From NCBI RefSeq assembly GCF_016432865.1, contig NC_067402.1, positions 2,046,001 to 2,110,000 of the forward strand: 64,000 bases of DNA, in the 5' to 3' direction. Below the pieces are notes generated by a model. The model ran no database searches and was not told the origin of the DNA. It worked only from the letters and a program-made list of their open reading frames with translations. This DNA comes from Antechinus flavipes (lineage: Eukaryota). Position 1 is the stretch's first letter, and every line of letters begins with the position of its first letter. Of this stretch, positions 30,010 to 43,469 are shown piece after piece. The position numbers and the translations under genes were made by a program.

Positions 30010-30015
30010 AATAAA
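30010..30015 (+). terminator. UMAD1 poly(A) signal AATAAA
   Basis: About 180 nt past the stop codon in otherwise GC-rich DNA. Confidence 0.8.
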
Positions 30016-31239
30016 AGCAGTTCTTCAGCCGGACGTAGCGCCTGCCCCGCGGTCCCAGGGGGCCGCGTCCCTCTCACCCCGGGGTCTCACGTGGGTGTCA
30101 CGGCTCACGGCGGTCTGGGCAGCTCCACGGGAGCCTCATGGGGGGGACGGGAGGGCTTTGTCTCCGTGCCCCCCTGCCTCAAGGGGAGGCCCCATAAAGC
30201 TCTTCCACTGCCTGGGAACCTGCCCCCCCCCCCCCCCCCCCGCCTTTTTCCTTTGCTCACCAGCCTCGGTCTTCACGGACTTTTCTGGGACGTTCCCTCG
30301 GTCGAGAGCCCGCCGGATCAGGAAGACCCACGTGCGACTCGGGCGCCTGCAGCGGCCTCCGCTCTCTGTAAAATGGGCACAGTCGTAGCCGCTTTCTCTG
30401 AGAATTAACGGGTGTAAAATGCTTTGCAGACAGTGCCGCCAATGCTGGCGGGCTTGTTACTCGGCCTTCGCCAGCCACGGCCCCGGCTCCGGCAGAGAGC
30501 GGGTGTTTTTGCTCAGCCTCCGTTCCCAAAGAAAGCCGGATCCCGGCGTTAATGCCGAGGACCGGGACTGGATGCAGACGGGAGCCCGGAGAGCTTCCCA
30601 CCCTCAGGCTCTGTTTGTGCCGGCTCCAATGGGGCTGTGGCGTCCCTCCCCTCCCCCCTTCAGGGAGACGGCGAGCCCGGCGGCGGAGGGCCTGCGTCAG
30701 CGCGGCGAGAACCAGCATCCCCGACCTGCCCGAGTTCCGTGGGGAACGAGGCGCTGCTGCCGGAGGGACGCCGGCCTTGCCCGCGCTGCGTCCTGCTAAC
30801 CGGACTGAGCCGTGAAACCCCGCGTGATGCCGGGGCGTCTACACTGGCTGGGAGTGCGCTGGTGTGTGCGCATTAAACCCTAACCCAGGCGTGAGTGTGC
30901 GGGAGCCGGCCCCCCCGGAGCTGGGGTCCCACTGTCACCAGCGCTCCGGGCGTCTGATCCCGTCCCCGCGATTCGTGTGCAGAAACCTTTTCTAATTCCG
31001 TGTGAGCCGGGAGAATAAAAGGTGGAGCCTTGAGACCGGGGTCCTCTGTCATTCCCTGCCCGGGGAGAGCGCGGGTTCTGAGAAATACTGAACGCCCCCA
31101 ACGGCTTCTGGTCGTAGGGCGAGAAAACCCGGTTCTGAGCAGCGGGAGCCCTGGGGAGGTGGGGCCTTGGGGAAGGGGGGCTTCTGCGGGGGCGGGCAGG
31201 GGGAGCCTCTCCCTGTGTGGTTGGCTGAGGTGCCCCCCC

Positions 31240-31252
31240 CCCACACACACTC

Positions 31253-31286
<34 letters not shown>

Positions 31287-31295
31287 TCACACACA
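31240..31295. repeat. (CA)n microsatellite
   Basis: Seen directly. Confidence 0.95.
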
Positions 31296-31794
31296 CTGGT
31301 CTTAAATGCACATCCCATGGGGGAAGGGAAGGCTCAGGGCCGGGCTGGTCAGCGACCTGGCCTGGGCTTTTCAGTGCAGTGGCTGAGGATCAGGAACCAC
31401 TGGCCCTGGCTGAAAGGCCGACACCGCTCTCCAAAGCGCAGGCAGGGAGGGTCAGGGTTAACTCCCCCCAAGATTTGGGACGGAATACAGATTTCGGTGT
31501 CCGGGCAGCCCCTCCAACTGCGACTCGGCCTCCTCCTCTGTGACAGGCTGGGTGCATGTTGATGACCCCCCACCAGTGCCCAAGCCAGCCGGGAGCCCCC
31601 CCAGAACGGAGCCCCCCCACGGGCTTTTGCTGGCTAGCGAGAGCTTCCGACCCTGGCTGCTGCCGGACCTGGACCATCCGGGGTTTTAAGCTGTCTGGCC
31701 CGCAGCTGGGACCGCCTCTCCTCCCCTTGTGGATAAACCCCATCGAAGGCCCTTTGCCCCGTCTCCACGTCTCTCATCCTCCAGAGCCCGGCAG

Positions 31795-32045
31795 CGGGTC
31801 TTCCCCCGCCACTGGCCCCCGCCATCGCCCTCCCCCCCACCCCCCCTTCCCCCCCTCTTTCCCCCCTTCTGCCCCCCCCACTGCCCTCCGCCGCCAGTTT
31901 CCCCCCTCTCCCCCCCCACCACTGGCCCCCGCCATCGCCCTCCGCCGCCGCCCCCCCTCCCCACCGCCCTCTGCCGCCGCCCTCCGCCCCCCCCCCACCC
32001 CACTGCCGCCGCCCCCCCTCCCCAGCCATGGCCCTCCGCCATCGC
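31795..32045. repeat. C-rich low-complexity tract with an internal duplication of CCACTGGCCCCCGCCATCGCCCTCC
   Basis: Motif at about 31809 and 31919, amid poly-C runs. Confidence 0.8.
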
Positions 32046-32649
32046 CGTCCCTGCGGGGCTCCCAATCCTTGGGAAGTTTTTTGTGGTCATGCACATTGGT
32101 CCGGTTCCGTTCGCTTGCGCCAGGTCGGACACGTGTTCTCGGTTTCTCCTCCTCCCTTCTCGGAAGAAGTCCTTCACGCGCATGCACATACACAGCCTCT
32201 TAGTGGGAAGTGCTTCAGGTTCACCTCCCCAAGAGCTTGAAACACCTTCCCCCACACTTATTTACATCTCTGTCCCCTAATCCCTGTCCCCCTTCTTTCC
32301 TTCTCTCCCTCCTGTCCCCCAGAGTCTGTGCCCCGCCGGGCGGACGCGTCCTCGACTGCCGCCGCCTCGGCTGCTTTGACCAGCTCTGTTGGAAGTCGGG
32401 TTCCAGGGTCCCCCGATCCCAGCTCCTCCGCCTCGTTTGCATTGATGCCCCCCTTCCCTCCTCCCTCAGGACTCCTCTGTTCTCCCTCCGTTCTTCTCTC
32501 GGGGCACAGAGACCACCTCCCCACCCGGACTGTGAGCGTTTCCTTGGCCTTTATCCCCATCCCTTCGTGTTCACTGCTTTAGGCTGCTCTTCCTCCCTGT
32601 GTTTGTACTTCAGAGTTTCTGGGCAGCGCCAGCCTTTCTTCCAGACTAT

Positions 32650-34060
32650 GTGGAAGCACTTTTCATTAAAGACCTATTTTTTCTGGTTTTGCTCGGTTTT
32701 TCTGGATGATTTGTTCTTGATTATAAGCCTAGAACTTTGACTTCTAGAATATCACATTCCCAGCTCTGCTTCTTGCTGGGGGGGGGCTGCTGAATTATGA
32801 CTGCTCCTGACTGGCTCCTCCTTAGCATTCTTCTCTGTGTTGTTTCCCTCTTTGACCAGGAATCTCTGAAGTTTGGCTGTGACTTTTCACTTTCTCGGTT
32901 TATTCTTTCTGTTCCACTTTGACCTTTGATTCTAAGAGATCTGGGCAATGTTCAGATTTCTGAAACCAGGACGTCCGGACTTTTTTTTCATGGCTTTCAC
33001 ACATTGTTGATTCTTACATTCTCTGTCTTGAATCTGTTTTCTAGGTCCTTTGTTTTTGCTATGATATACTTTAGATTTCTGCTATTTTTTTTTCAATCTT
33101 TTGAATTTATCTTGATATTTCTTGGTATCTCATGGAATCGTTGGCTTCTATTCAGTCCATTACTATTTTCAGGGAGTTTGGGTAAAGTTTTGTCCCTTTG
33201 ACGCCAATCTGTTCATTCCTTTTCCAAACCTTTCTTTGCTAAGTCTAACTTGTTTTTCAATTTTTTTCTGTTTCATTGATTAAAATTCTGACAACCTTTT
33301 TAAAAGCTCCTTCTACATCTCTTTCAAGAGTTCTAGCTGGATTCGAGCCGGAACTTTTTTGTTCTTTGCAGTTTTGCTGGAAGCTGTTTGGGAGTGATTC
33401 TCTTCTGTTGGATTGGTGTTTTGAGGATCCATTTTGCCATAACAACTGATTATATGGCGTTCTTTATGGACTTGATGTCTGGGCTTCAGGGGCTTCTGAA
33501 GGGATGTTCTGCGTTTGTTTTCTTGCTATAGTTATTGTGCGTTGTGATGTTCCAGGATTACAGAGATCTATATCTCAGACAGCTCAGCCTAGGGAACTGC
33601 AAGCTTTCAAAGTCTTCTGGTCCCAGAACAAATCCCGTGACCGTCTTCGAGTCTGAATTCTGCAAACTATCATCCTAGGCTTGGGTCTGAGCAGCAGTAG
33701 ACTCGGCTGGGCTCAACCCCTCTCGGCCAGCTGGAAACCTTTGCTGATTGGGCAGACAGATCCGAGGTTCCTTTTTGCTTTGGGAGTCCTGCCCTGGTTA
33801 TTCCTCCACAGCCTGCAGCTGGGACTGGAGCCTAGAACGGAGAACCTGCCCCGTTCTTACAGCCCACGTGCTCCCTGCTGAACCCGTCCCTCTTTTAGTA
33901 CGCGGTCTAGGTCATAGGATGCATTAGGCACAGAGAACTCCCTCAGTCTGCCCCGGATCTGTGCTCCGGCCTGGGTAAAGGGGACAAAGCTGCCAATTGG
34001 ACCCCTTTCCTGTGGCCGTGCCCTGGATGCTTCTGTGCCTTGGGGCACAGCCGCTCGCTT
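32650..34060 (-). mobile_element. Old L1 ORF1/5' region fragment
   Basis: TTCTAGAATATCACATTCCCAGC...TTTTTTCATGGCTTTCA...TTTTCTAGGTC resembles antisense marsupial L1 ORF1. Confidence 0.75.
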
Positions 34061-34479
34061 ATAGTGACATTTTCTTAAATTTCCCAATCAGGATTTGATC
34101 TTGGATTTTGGAGAGCTGCTTAGAGAAGAACTGGCTACGCTTGTTTCTGCTTCTCCCTAGGTGTCCTTTTTTGAACTATGCAAAATCATAACATAATTGA
34201 CTCATAGAAACAAAAAGTCTGGCATCTCAAGGGAAATGATGACAGGGAAGGAAGAAAGTGTCGTCAGATGTCGAGCTTTACTTTAAGGCAACCATCAAAT
34301 GCATTGGTTTGTTTTTAAAAATAGAAAAGTATCAGAAGAATAGATCAGAGAAGCAGGATCCTCGAGCAAATTAAAAATAATAGAAAGGAAAAAAAAACCA
34401 AGCTGTATTTAGTAGATATATGAGTCTCCTGTTATAAAAATGTTCATGTTGATTTTTTTTTCAAGATCAGAATGCACAA

Positions 34480-34930
34480 GAAAATAACAGAAAGCCATAT
34501 GGACCCATGTCTCAAAACTTTAAAACAAAGCAAAACAACAAAAGAAAGTTCCCCCAGATAGAGTTCAGAAAACAACAGCACAAAAACCCTGAATCCTGAC
34601 ATCATACCCCCCACACCTAAATTTAGAGCCTAAAATTTAACACAAAACAAAAAATTGTCCATTAAAAATAAGAAGAGTGAACAAAAGAGAAAAACCTGGC
34701 CATAGATAGCTACTGTAGTGGGAGAGAAAATCTGGTTTCAAATTCAGAATAAGATAATGAAGTTAAAATAACTACCTTTGTCTCAGAGAAAAAAAGCCAA
34801 GTGGTTCTAAGAGCAAGAAGAGTTTTCGGAAGCACTCAGAAAGGACTTTGAAAATCAAATGAGAGGTTTAGGGAAAAACACAATAAAAGTAGTAGGAAAA
34901 GAATCAAGGAAATTAAGAAAGGAAAGTCAA
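34480..34930 (+). mobile_element. L1 ORF1 N-terminal fragment
   Basis: GAGTGAACAAAAGAGAAAAACCTGGCCATAGATAGCTACTGT...AAGGACTTTGAAAATCAAATGAGAG resembles the L1 ORF1 start. Confidence 0.7.
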
Positions 34931-36194
34931 CCAATCAAGAAGAAAGCATAGTATGGGCTATATGTGTGAGTGATATGTGTCTGTTTATATCTATATTTAT
35001 GAATTCTTACAACAATTTATTTTTCTAAAGTTTTACAATAATTACAAAGCAGATCAGTGAATTGGGCAACTAAAAAGGTTCCGTTTCCGCGTAGATGTGG
35101 GTCGCTTGGCCAAGCCCTTTTTTGGGCCATCCCTGCTCACCCAGAGGGGCCCACGGTGTCCTACCTTGGGCCCCTCACGTCACCCCCCAGCTCTGGCAAA
35201 GCTGATTACCAGACCCAGGACTTGAGCCCCTGCTCTCCCCTGAGCTCCAGGAAGATCTGCCCCCTGGCCTGAAGGAGCAGCCTTTTCCCCACAGAGAACC
35301 CATGGCTCTGACTGGAAGGCAGCAGTGGCTGCCCCAGTGCACCCTAACGGGGGCTCGGGGCCTGCGGCTGTTCCCAGGATGCCACTTGCTTCCTACAGAC
35401 AGAGCCCAGGGACTGTGACCCCTAACCTTCTGCCCTTGGCCGGCCCAGCTCCGGCCCCTCCCCTCAGGGTGCCATCGCCCCAGCCCAGTCTCTGTGGGCT
35501 GCCCTTTGTACCCCTGCACCCGCTCCCCGTCCGGACGGTTCCCTGGCTGCCCCTGCTCCCCTCACTTGGTTTGGCCCCTAAAAGATAACCGGCTACTTTG
35601 TGTGGGGGCCGGCCCGGCTGCTGGGGGCTCCCCGTCCACCTGCCCCGCGGCCTTTCGGAGGCCGCCTTATCGGGGTCGGGCGGGCCCTCCCTGAGGACTT
35701 GCTGGGTCTCCACTGCAGAGTAATGCTGGGAGAGAAATAGGTGCTCCGTGACTTAAGAAGAAGCACCGCCGTGGTTCTGCATGATTTCGGAAGAACCCCG
35801 TTCTTTTTCCTCCGGCAGTCCTGGCACCAAAAGTGACCCGCAAAGTTTAAAAACCAAAACAGGAAGTCCCGCGAGCACCCCAAAAAGGGCATGGGTTGGT
35901 CACCGCCAGGGCCGCTAAAACATGGAGCAGCCCCTTCCTGAGAAGCTGCCTCTCTGCCGGCACCTCCCACCACAAGGCTAATGAGGATGTCTGGGGAAGG
36001 ACCCTCAGACATCAGCTACCCCGTGGCCCGTTATTTCAGGCCGCTGCCGCCTTGATGTCTCCCGGGATTGCCGCGCCTCCCTGTGCTGAAGCCTGGTCCG
36101 CTGCCTTGGCGGGTGGGGAGCCAGGGCTCCTCGGACGCATCCAGAGAAGAAGGGGGAGGGAAAGGGAGGGGATGGGGGGAGGCCGTCCCATTTC

Positions 36195-36310
36195 CTCTCT
36201 TTCTAATGGCATTAACACGTGTGAAAACGGAACGCGGGTGATTAATCTGTGGACAAGCTCTTCTCCCGAGAAGTAATCTAAGCTGTCAGCTGCTCCGAAC
36301 AAAGTGCCCC
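36195..36310. promoter_or_regulatory. Candidate developmental enhancer (dense TF motif cluster)
   Basis: TAATGGCATTA, CACGTG, GATTAATC, TAATCT, CTGTCA, CAGCTG and AACAAAG within about 105 bp. Confidence 0.45.
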
Positions 36311-37435
36311 GAGTTTCCAGTAGTTGGGGAGAGGCGATTTAGGGTCACGCCAAAGTTCTGCTTCGTCCCCAAAAGCTGCAAAACTGGCCAGGAGAGAAGT
36401 GACAAAGGTCAGAGGGTTTCGGGGGAAATCGGCTCCGTTAACGCCCTGCTGGGAGCTGAGGATGGTGCAGACCTTCTGGGAAGCAACTTGGCACCGTGCC
36501 CGACTGTGCCCGCAGTCCCTCCCCCGCCTGTCTCCCAACAAGGCCCAAGAGGAGGAAAAGGATCCGTGCAGACGGCAGCGTGTGCAGCAGGTTTTCCCGG
36601 CAAAGACCCGAAGCTGAGGACGGGCCCCTGATGGATCAGGGATTGTCCCAACGACCGTCCCCTCTGAGTGTCATGGAACAAAGATGTTTCAGGAAGCGGG
36701 GAAACCTGGGCCCGCCGCGTGCAGTGGGGACGCGATTCGGGACACAACAGGAATAGCCGAAAAACAAGTCACTCAAAGAGCCCTGGCCGGACCCTGATCC
36801 TCCCTGACGGCAGGAAGTTAATGGGGCCCGGGCTGCCCGCTTGTGGCCGGACGCTGCACCGGGAGCCGGGCTGGCCAACGGAGGAGTGGGGACGGGTCGG
36901 GAGGGCTTTGCTTTCTTGTTATTGGGGAGGAGGAAGAGGAGACGGAGCAAAAGGGGAATCTGGGGAAACAAAGATGCAGCTAAAAAGGAAGCGCCCGCAC
37001 GGCCTCCCTCGTAGCTCCTGTCTCCACACTTTAGCAGATCTGCTGGCAGGGGGCAGTCTTGTCTCCCGCAGTGGCCAGGCTTCAGCAAGGGAGGGATTGG
37101 GCAGAATGGAAGCCGGACCGAGGCAGGGAAGGTCCAGAGGCAGCTGCCTCCTCCAAGGAAGTCGCTTGTGAAGTCCCTCTACTTCAGGTCTTTGCGAGCC
37201 CTTCCCACCTGGCCGGAAGCTCCCATCCCTCCAACCTCCTCCTCCCCCGCTGGTCAGGCAGGCCGGCCATCTGCCACCAAGTGCCTCCTACAGGCTGACC
37301 TCCTGCCTCCCCTCGGGTTCAGATCTGGGGCCTCTCCTGGTTCTCCTCTCAGCTGCCTGCCCCCCCCCCCCACTCCTGCCCCAGTTATTAGTTCTCTCTC
37401 CGCCTCTGTCTCTGTTTCTTTCTCCTCTGTCTTTT

Positions 37436-37739
37436 NNNNNNNNNNNNNNNNNNNNNNNNNNNNNNNNNNNNNNNNNNNNNNNNNNNNNNNNNNNNNNNNN
37501 NNNNNNNNNNNNNNNNNNNNNNNNNNNNNNNNNNNNNNNNNNNNNNNNNNNNNNNNNNNNNNNNNNNNNNNNNNNNNNNNNNNNNNNNNNNNNNNNNNNN
37601 NNNNNNNNNNNNNNNNNNNNNNNNNNNNNNNNNNNNNNNNNNNNNNNNNNNNNNNNNNNNNNNNNNNNNNNNNNNNNNNNNNNNNNNNNNNNNNNNNNNN
37701 NNNNNNNNNNNNNNNNNNNNNNNNNNNNNNNNNNNNNNN
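37436..37739. other. Assembly gap (304 N) within a TC-rich repeat
   Basis: N run seen directly. Confidence 1.
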
Positions 37740-39079
37740 CTTTGTCTGTGCTTTGTTTGCCCGACATCATGATTCCTCCAGGCAGACGTTAGGTCCCGAG
37801 GGCATTTCCTTTTCGTCTCCCTGGTGCTTCCTAAGTGTGTATGGAATTGAGTCACAGCAGCTCCTGTCTGGGAGTCACACAAGGCCAGTCCGGCTCCAGG
37901 GCTGATGGAGAGACTCGGGAAGGGCCGGGGCTGTTCCACACCAAAGAGAATGCCATTGGCAACCCGAGGAGCCTCGGAGGAAGAGGACGGGCCACGTGGC
38001 CAGTGTGAGCTGCCCAGTGGACAGCCCGCGCGGCTGCCAGGACGATGGCCCCCACAGGCCCAGCAGGAGGGCAGGTTGTGTCTCTGCCCACTGAGAGATG
38101 AGAGGGAGCTAAAAGCCTGATGGGAGCCTCTTCAAGCAGGACTACCCTGGCCTCCTCATGGGGGAAAGCCAGGACCAGCCAGTGCCAGAGGCGGCCCCCA
38201 CCCCGGAGAGCAGAGACCTGCGCCAGGAGGGCCCCAGGGGAGGCCAGTGTTCCCCCACAGGGCCCTGGGGGCCGGAAGCCCCCCGGGAGCCTGGCAGAAA
38301 GCCCCCCCTCCCTAAGGGGAACTTTGCCAGGACTCCCCAAAGGGGAAGAGAGCTTCCTCTCTGGGAGCCGGACCCCCTAACTCCGGTGCCTTCCCCTAGC
38401 CCCTCTGCGGTGCCCTTCGGGGAGCTCGGCTGCTCAGACACCCCCTCCAGATGGGGGGCGAGCTCCCCGAAGGGAAGGCCACAGTTCCCGCGCAGCCGGC
38501 GCCCAGTGGTGCGTATTGATTGGGAGGCATCATGCACCAGCGGCTGGGATTGCATCTGATAGGGTGGCTGCCCGTGGGCTCGCGCTTCCTCGTGGGTCCA
38601 GAGCCACTAAGGAGACGCGAGAGCTTCGGCAGCCGAGGTCCCTTCCTCCCGGCGCCCTCTGATCCTCGGTCCCCACTGGTCCTGTGTCCTCCCTGGCCTT
38701 CCGCCAGCCGAGGGCCACGTTCTAGCTCTGCCCTGAGTCTGCCGGACCATCCCCGGAGAAGAGCCGCAGGGCAGGCAGCCCCCCAAAGCTCAGACACTGA
38801 CCGCCTGGGCAAGTCCCGGAACTCATCGGCGGTTGGTCACCTGTCAAATGGAGCACCTGCCTTCCAAGGCTTTCCAGGCTCCAAACCGTTCCAGCACCTG
38901 TCCGTTAATGTGAGGGGGACGGAGAGAGGGATCCCAGCGCCAGAAGGGACCCGCACCCCCTCCTCTGGCAGGTGAGGAAACAGGCTGGAGCAGTGAGCCG
39001 TTTGCCCGTGATCCCACAGGTGGCAAGTGACCGAGCCGGGACGCCCCGCCGCGGCTCTCGGCAATGGTTCCAGCTGCTT

Positions 39080-41000
39080 CCTTAATTTTTTGTTCATTGA
39101 CCCCCTTGGGATTGCAGACCCTTTCTTCCTCCGAATAAAGTTGGTTTTTATTCTTTTTTTCCAAAGTAATTCCTTCTCAGTTTGGCAGAGCATTACTGGT
39201 ATAATTCAGTTTGGTGGTACGGCCCAGCCATTGTCAACAAGTAGCTCCCCCATTATTTACTGCTTCCTTTAGATCTGTATACGGTGTCTGGTCATTGTAC
39301 TGCATTGCATGCAGTCAAATACTGAATGCATCCAGGCAGGTTAAAACAAAGATAATGATTTTTTGTTGTTGTTGGGAGTGGAATTTCTCTTTTTTGGGGG
39401 GCTTGTCAGCTGAACGTAGAAGGACTGATGATTTCGATGATTTTACTGAAATTATTTTTGCCATTCGTTGTCCTGATTCATTCCATTATGTGTTTGGAAG
39501 TATTTCTAAGTAAACTCCCACGCTTTCTGCAAAAGGATAATTCTGTCTCCTCTTTGCTGATGTATAATGTTAACTGCTCTTTCTTTTCAAAGGACTATTA
39601 ATAACATTCGTAGATCTTTGTCCAAAAAAATTGTGCAGAGGGGACCTCCTTGTCTTACTCCTGTACTTACTGGGAGAACTTTTAGAATTGTCCAGTTGCA
39701 TTGCATGCTCCTGTTTTATTTGTGAATTTATTTTTGCCATTAACTTTTGTTTGAGTTCCAAATGATTAATTCCCTTCTGCATTGAGAAGGCATTTAGGAT
39801 TAGCAATATGATATAAATTGTACATGTGAAGTTTGGCAAAACATTTCCATATTATCCACATTGCAACAACAACAACAAAAACCAAGAAAAAGGAACTTAA
39901 AATGCATGTTTCAAGCTTTACTCAGCCTTCCTCTGGAGACAGATGATAGCATTTTTCATCATAAGTCTTTCTGAGTATCCTTGGATCATCCCATTGTTGA
40001 GAATACCACAGCTGATCTTTCATCAATATTATTGTTTCTGGGTACAATCATCTCCTGGTTTGGCTCATTTCATGTAAGTTCCAAATTTTTCTGAAACAAT
40101 CCAGCTTATCATTTTCTAAAGTATAATAGTATTACATCTCAATCATAAGCTACAGCTCGTTCAGTCTTTCCCCACTTGATGGGGCTCCACTTTCCAATTT
40201 TTGCTACCACAAAAAAAGCTGCTATAAATGTTTTCTGTATATGTAAGTCTTTTCTCCCCTTTTTTTGGATGTCTTTGGGATACAGACCTAGGAGTAGCAC
40301 TTCTGAATCAAAGAAAATGCACACTTTAATATGGTTTCGATTGCTGTCCAGAATGGTTGGATCGGTTCACAACTCCACCAATAACAAATCAGCGTGCCTA
40401 TTTTTTTCCCATTCCCTACAGCATTAGTCATGTTAGCCAATTTGCTTGGTGAGAGATTGCCTTAATTTGCATTTCTCTGACTAATAGTGAGTTAGAACAT
40501 TTTTTCATATGGCTATCCATAGCTTTGATTTCTTTTTCTGGAAACTGTTCATATCCTTGACCACTTGTCCACTGGGGGATGACTTTTAATTTTATAAATT
40601 TGTCTCAGTTCCCTTGTGTTTGAGAAATGACACTTTTATCACAGGAACTTGCTATGCAATTTTTTCCCTCCAACTTCCTGCTTTCCAATTTTGACTACAC
40701 TAGTTTTGTTAGTATAAAAGCTTTTTAATTTCATATAATCAAAATGTTCTATTTTACTTCCTGTGCTCCCCTTTGCCTCTTGTTTCATCATAGGCCCTTC
40801 CCTTTTCTATAGAACTGAGAGGTAAACTCCCCTAATTTGCTCATGACATCATCCTTTACATCTAAATCATTTCTCCATTTTGATCTTATCTTGATATACA
40901 GTGGGAGGTATTGGTCTGTGCCTAATTTGTAAGTTCTCATTTTAACTATTTCTTCTTGATCATTTTAATAACTCCTTGATTCCTATACTTTTTAGGACTT
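39080..41000 (-). mobile_element. Fragmented L1 ORF2/3' relics
   Basis: Antisense L1 motifs, e.g. TTGCTGTCCAGAATGGTTGGATCGGTTCACAACTCCACCAA and CCACTTGATGGG. Confidence 0.8.
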
Positions 41001-42569
41001 TTTTTTCCCCACACAAAAGGATCTGGTAAACTGTGGAAGGCTTTTCCCCTTCTCTCAATATTCACAGCCTTGCAGACAAACGATTGTGAAATTAAAGCTG
41101 CCTCAGCTTCCTGCTGTGTTTTAGGCTGCTGGGCCATTGTGGAAGCTTCACATTCTTCAGCCACACTGGCTCCTTCCCTGTATCGGAATCCCTGAAATGC
41201 TTATTAGGAGACTGGTGCTTTCTCCACAATGACAAGATGGAACCTGAGGTTGATTTTATAGATAGCATTAAAGTGAAGGACGGTTGTTTTAAAATTATTT
41301 TTGTGTGTATATTCATTTGAGTCACTGAGCTTTTGTCATCTTTAAACATCCAGAGAAGCAGCTTTGCCTGAAAACTCTTAGATGAACTGCCTGGGAAATA
41401 TTTGACCCTCCCTTGGGGAAGGTTTTTTGTTAGGAGAAATCTGGCCCATGGAGAAGAAATTTAGTCTGACTAGACACAGCTTAAGAGCCATTAGGGTAGA
41501 AGTTCTTAATCTAGCGTCTGGTTTGATTTTAGGGGCTCTGCAACAACATTAGGAAAATACATCTTTATTTTCACTCATCTCTCCTTGAAATGGAGCATTT
41601 GTTTCCATTATGAATATAGGAAACAAATCACAGTAGGATTAATCAATAGTACCTGTGATTTTGTCACACTAGAAATCCCAGATATTTCCATATCACATCA
41701 CCAATGTTGCAAGTGTCTAAAAGTGTCATTTACAATTGTCACTACTGTGAAATGGCTGCTTATTAGGGTTGCTGCAGGTCATGATCACATGATCACAATC
41801 TTCCTATCTGGAGACTGATTTCAACATAATTGGTTTCCTCTATAATGCCATACATTGTATTAGAGACATTGAAGAACTTTACTCTGAGAAGAGGTCTATT
41901 GACTAAAAGACTGTTGCATGGTGGACGTGAAGGGAGACCCAGGAAAGGAATCATAGAAGGAACATTTAAGGACTGAAGCCAATCTTCAGTAATCATCTTT
42001 GACATCAGTAGGTTTTCTCCCCAGTCATTCTCTTCATCTCATATGTGAACTTTGCTTTGAAGACCAGAGTTCATGATTGTGAACTTCCCCTTGAAGTAAT
42101 ATTAAAGGCAGTCACAGGAGGCCTCCAGTTTCATGGCACCGTTTGGCTTGTTCAGAAGCAGAGCCGCCCCAGCACTGAAGAACATCGGACCGGGCTGATG
42201 GCAAACCCTTCCTGAGAGCAATGGGTTTGTAAAGTGCAATGTCACTGTAAAGGGATGGGTCTTGATTGAGGGCCGAGGAGGACTTGTAACAGTCCGACCG
42301 CTCCCTTCCGTCCATACTCTGCAGGCTCAGGGCACTCAGGGGCTTGGCTCAGGCTCACCTTGTGGACGGTGTCCGTGATGACCTCTGAACCTGACCTTCA
42401 GGCTGCTGGTGACTCCCTCAGTGCATTCTCATCACGTCCGGGACATCAGGCACAGTCCAAGTCTCTCCTCATTTATAACAGGAATAGGGGGGAATTCAAT
42501 AGCCTTTGTCCCTCTGTGATCATAGGCAGAGAACACTCTGGCTCGTTCCTTTATTCTCGTTTAAAATAA

Positions 42570-43140
42570 TAGCTAATAATAATAACAGCTTACACTTACC
42601 CAGCAGTTATGTAACAGGCACTGAGCACTTTACAGATATCATCCCATGGGTCAAGTGCACAGTGCCTGTGACAGCTCCCGAGGGTTTCCGTGACATCTCC
42701 ATGCCGACATCCCACCTTAGCTCTGATTGGCCGGCATCCTGGACCTTATCCTTCTCAACTCTGCCTCCCAACTTTAAGTCTGTTCTTTGAGGAAGCCTTT
42801 CACGACTCCTCTTAATTCTAGTGCCTTCTCTCTGCTAATTATTTCTTTTATTTGCCCTGTACAGAGCTTTTTGTATATATGGGTTTGCATTTGTCTTCAT
42901 CATCAGCTTGTGAGTGCCTCGAGGGTAGATCCTGCCTTTTGCCTCTTGGATCCCCATTGATTAACACAGGGCCTGGCATATAATAGGTTTGTGGTGAATG
43001 TTTATTGAGTGATTAATTCATAAATCAGTCGGTTTGACAGGTGAGAGGAGGATGGGACTGAAGTGTGGAAAGATATGAGCGAGGTAGTAGCTATTATTAC
43101 CCCCCCTTACAGATGATGAAACTGATGACTCCCCCAGAGT
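42570..43140. mobile_element. MIR/L2-type fragments
   Basis: TGTGAGTGCCTCGAGGGTAG...GGCCTGGCATATAATAGG...AATGTTTATTGAGTGATT (L2-type tail) and TTACAGATGATGAAACTGA (MIR core). Confidence 0.65.
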
Positions 43141-43469
43141 TACTTAAAACCCTCTTTGCTTGCTCTCTCACCAGAGCTCCCTTCCAAAAGGACAGAGAGG
43201 GCAGCCCTCTTGTCTCGGATGTGGAGAGTTTTTCATCTCTTTGGAAGGTCTCACTCCTCCAAGGCTTGTCCTCCGGCTTCCCAAGACTCAACTGTGGCCA
43301 ACGAGGTGGAAAACCTAGCTGTGCTGAGGCTGGCTGGCCCTCAAGCCGCAGTATCCAGTCCATGGCGGAGGGGCAGGAAAGTCTGGGGTCACTGCTGTGC
43401 ACATGGATCGGCAGGGTGACTTTAGGGGGCAGTTCTCTTAACTACCCGTGATTAGTCTTCTAGACATTA

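Noticed and set aside
30874-30886. TAAACCCTAACCC telomere-like motif
   Set aside because: Only two units; expected by chance.
36676-36691. GGAACAAAGATGTTTC as a glucocorticoid response element
   Set aside because: Half-site spacing is off by one from AGAACAnnnTGTTCT.
42190-42240. KPIALRKG motif recalling copia retrotransposons
   Set aside because: Isolated short match with no integrase or RT context; copia elements are not expected in mammals.
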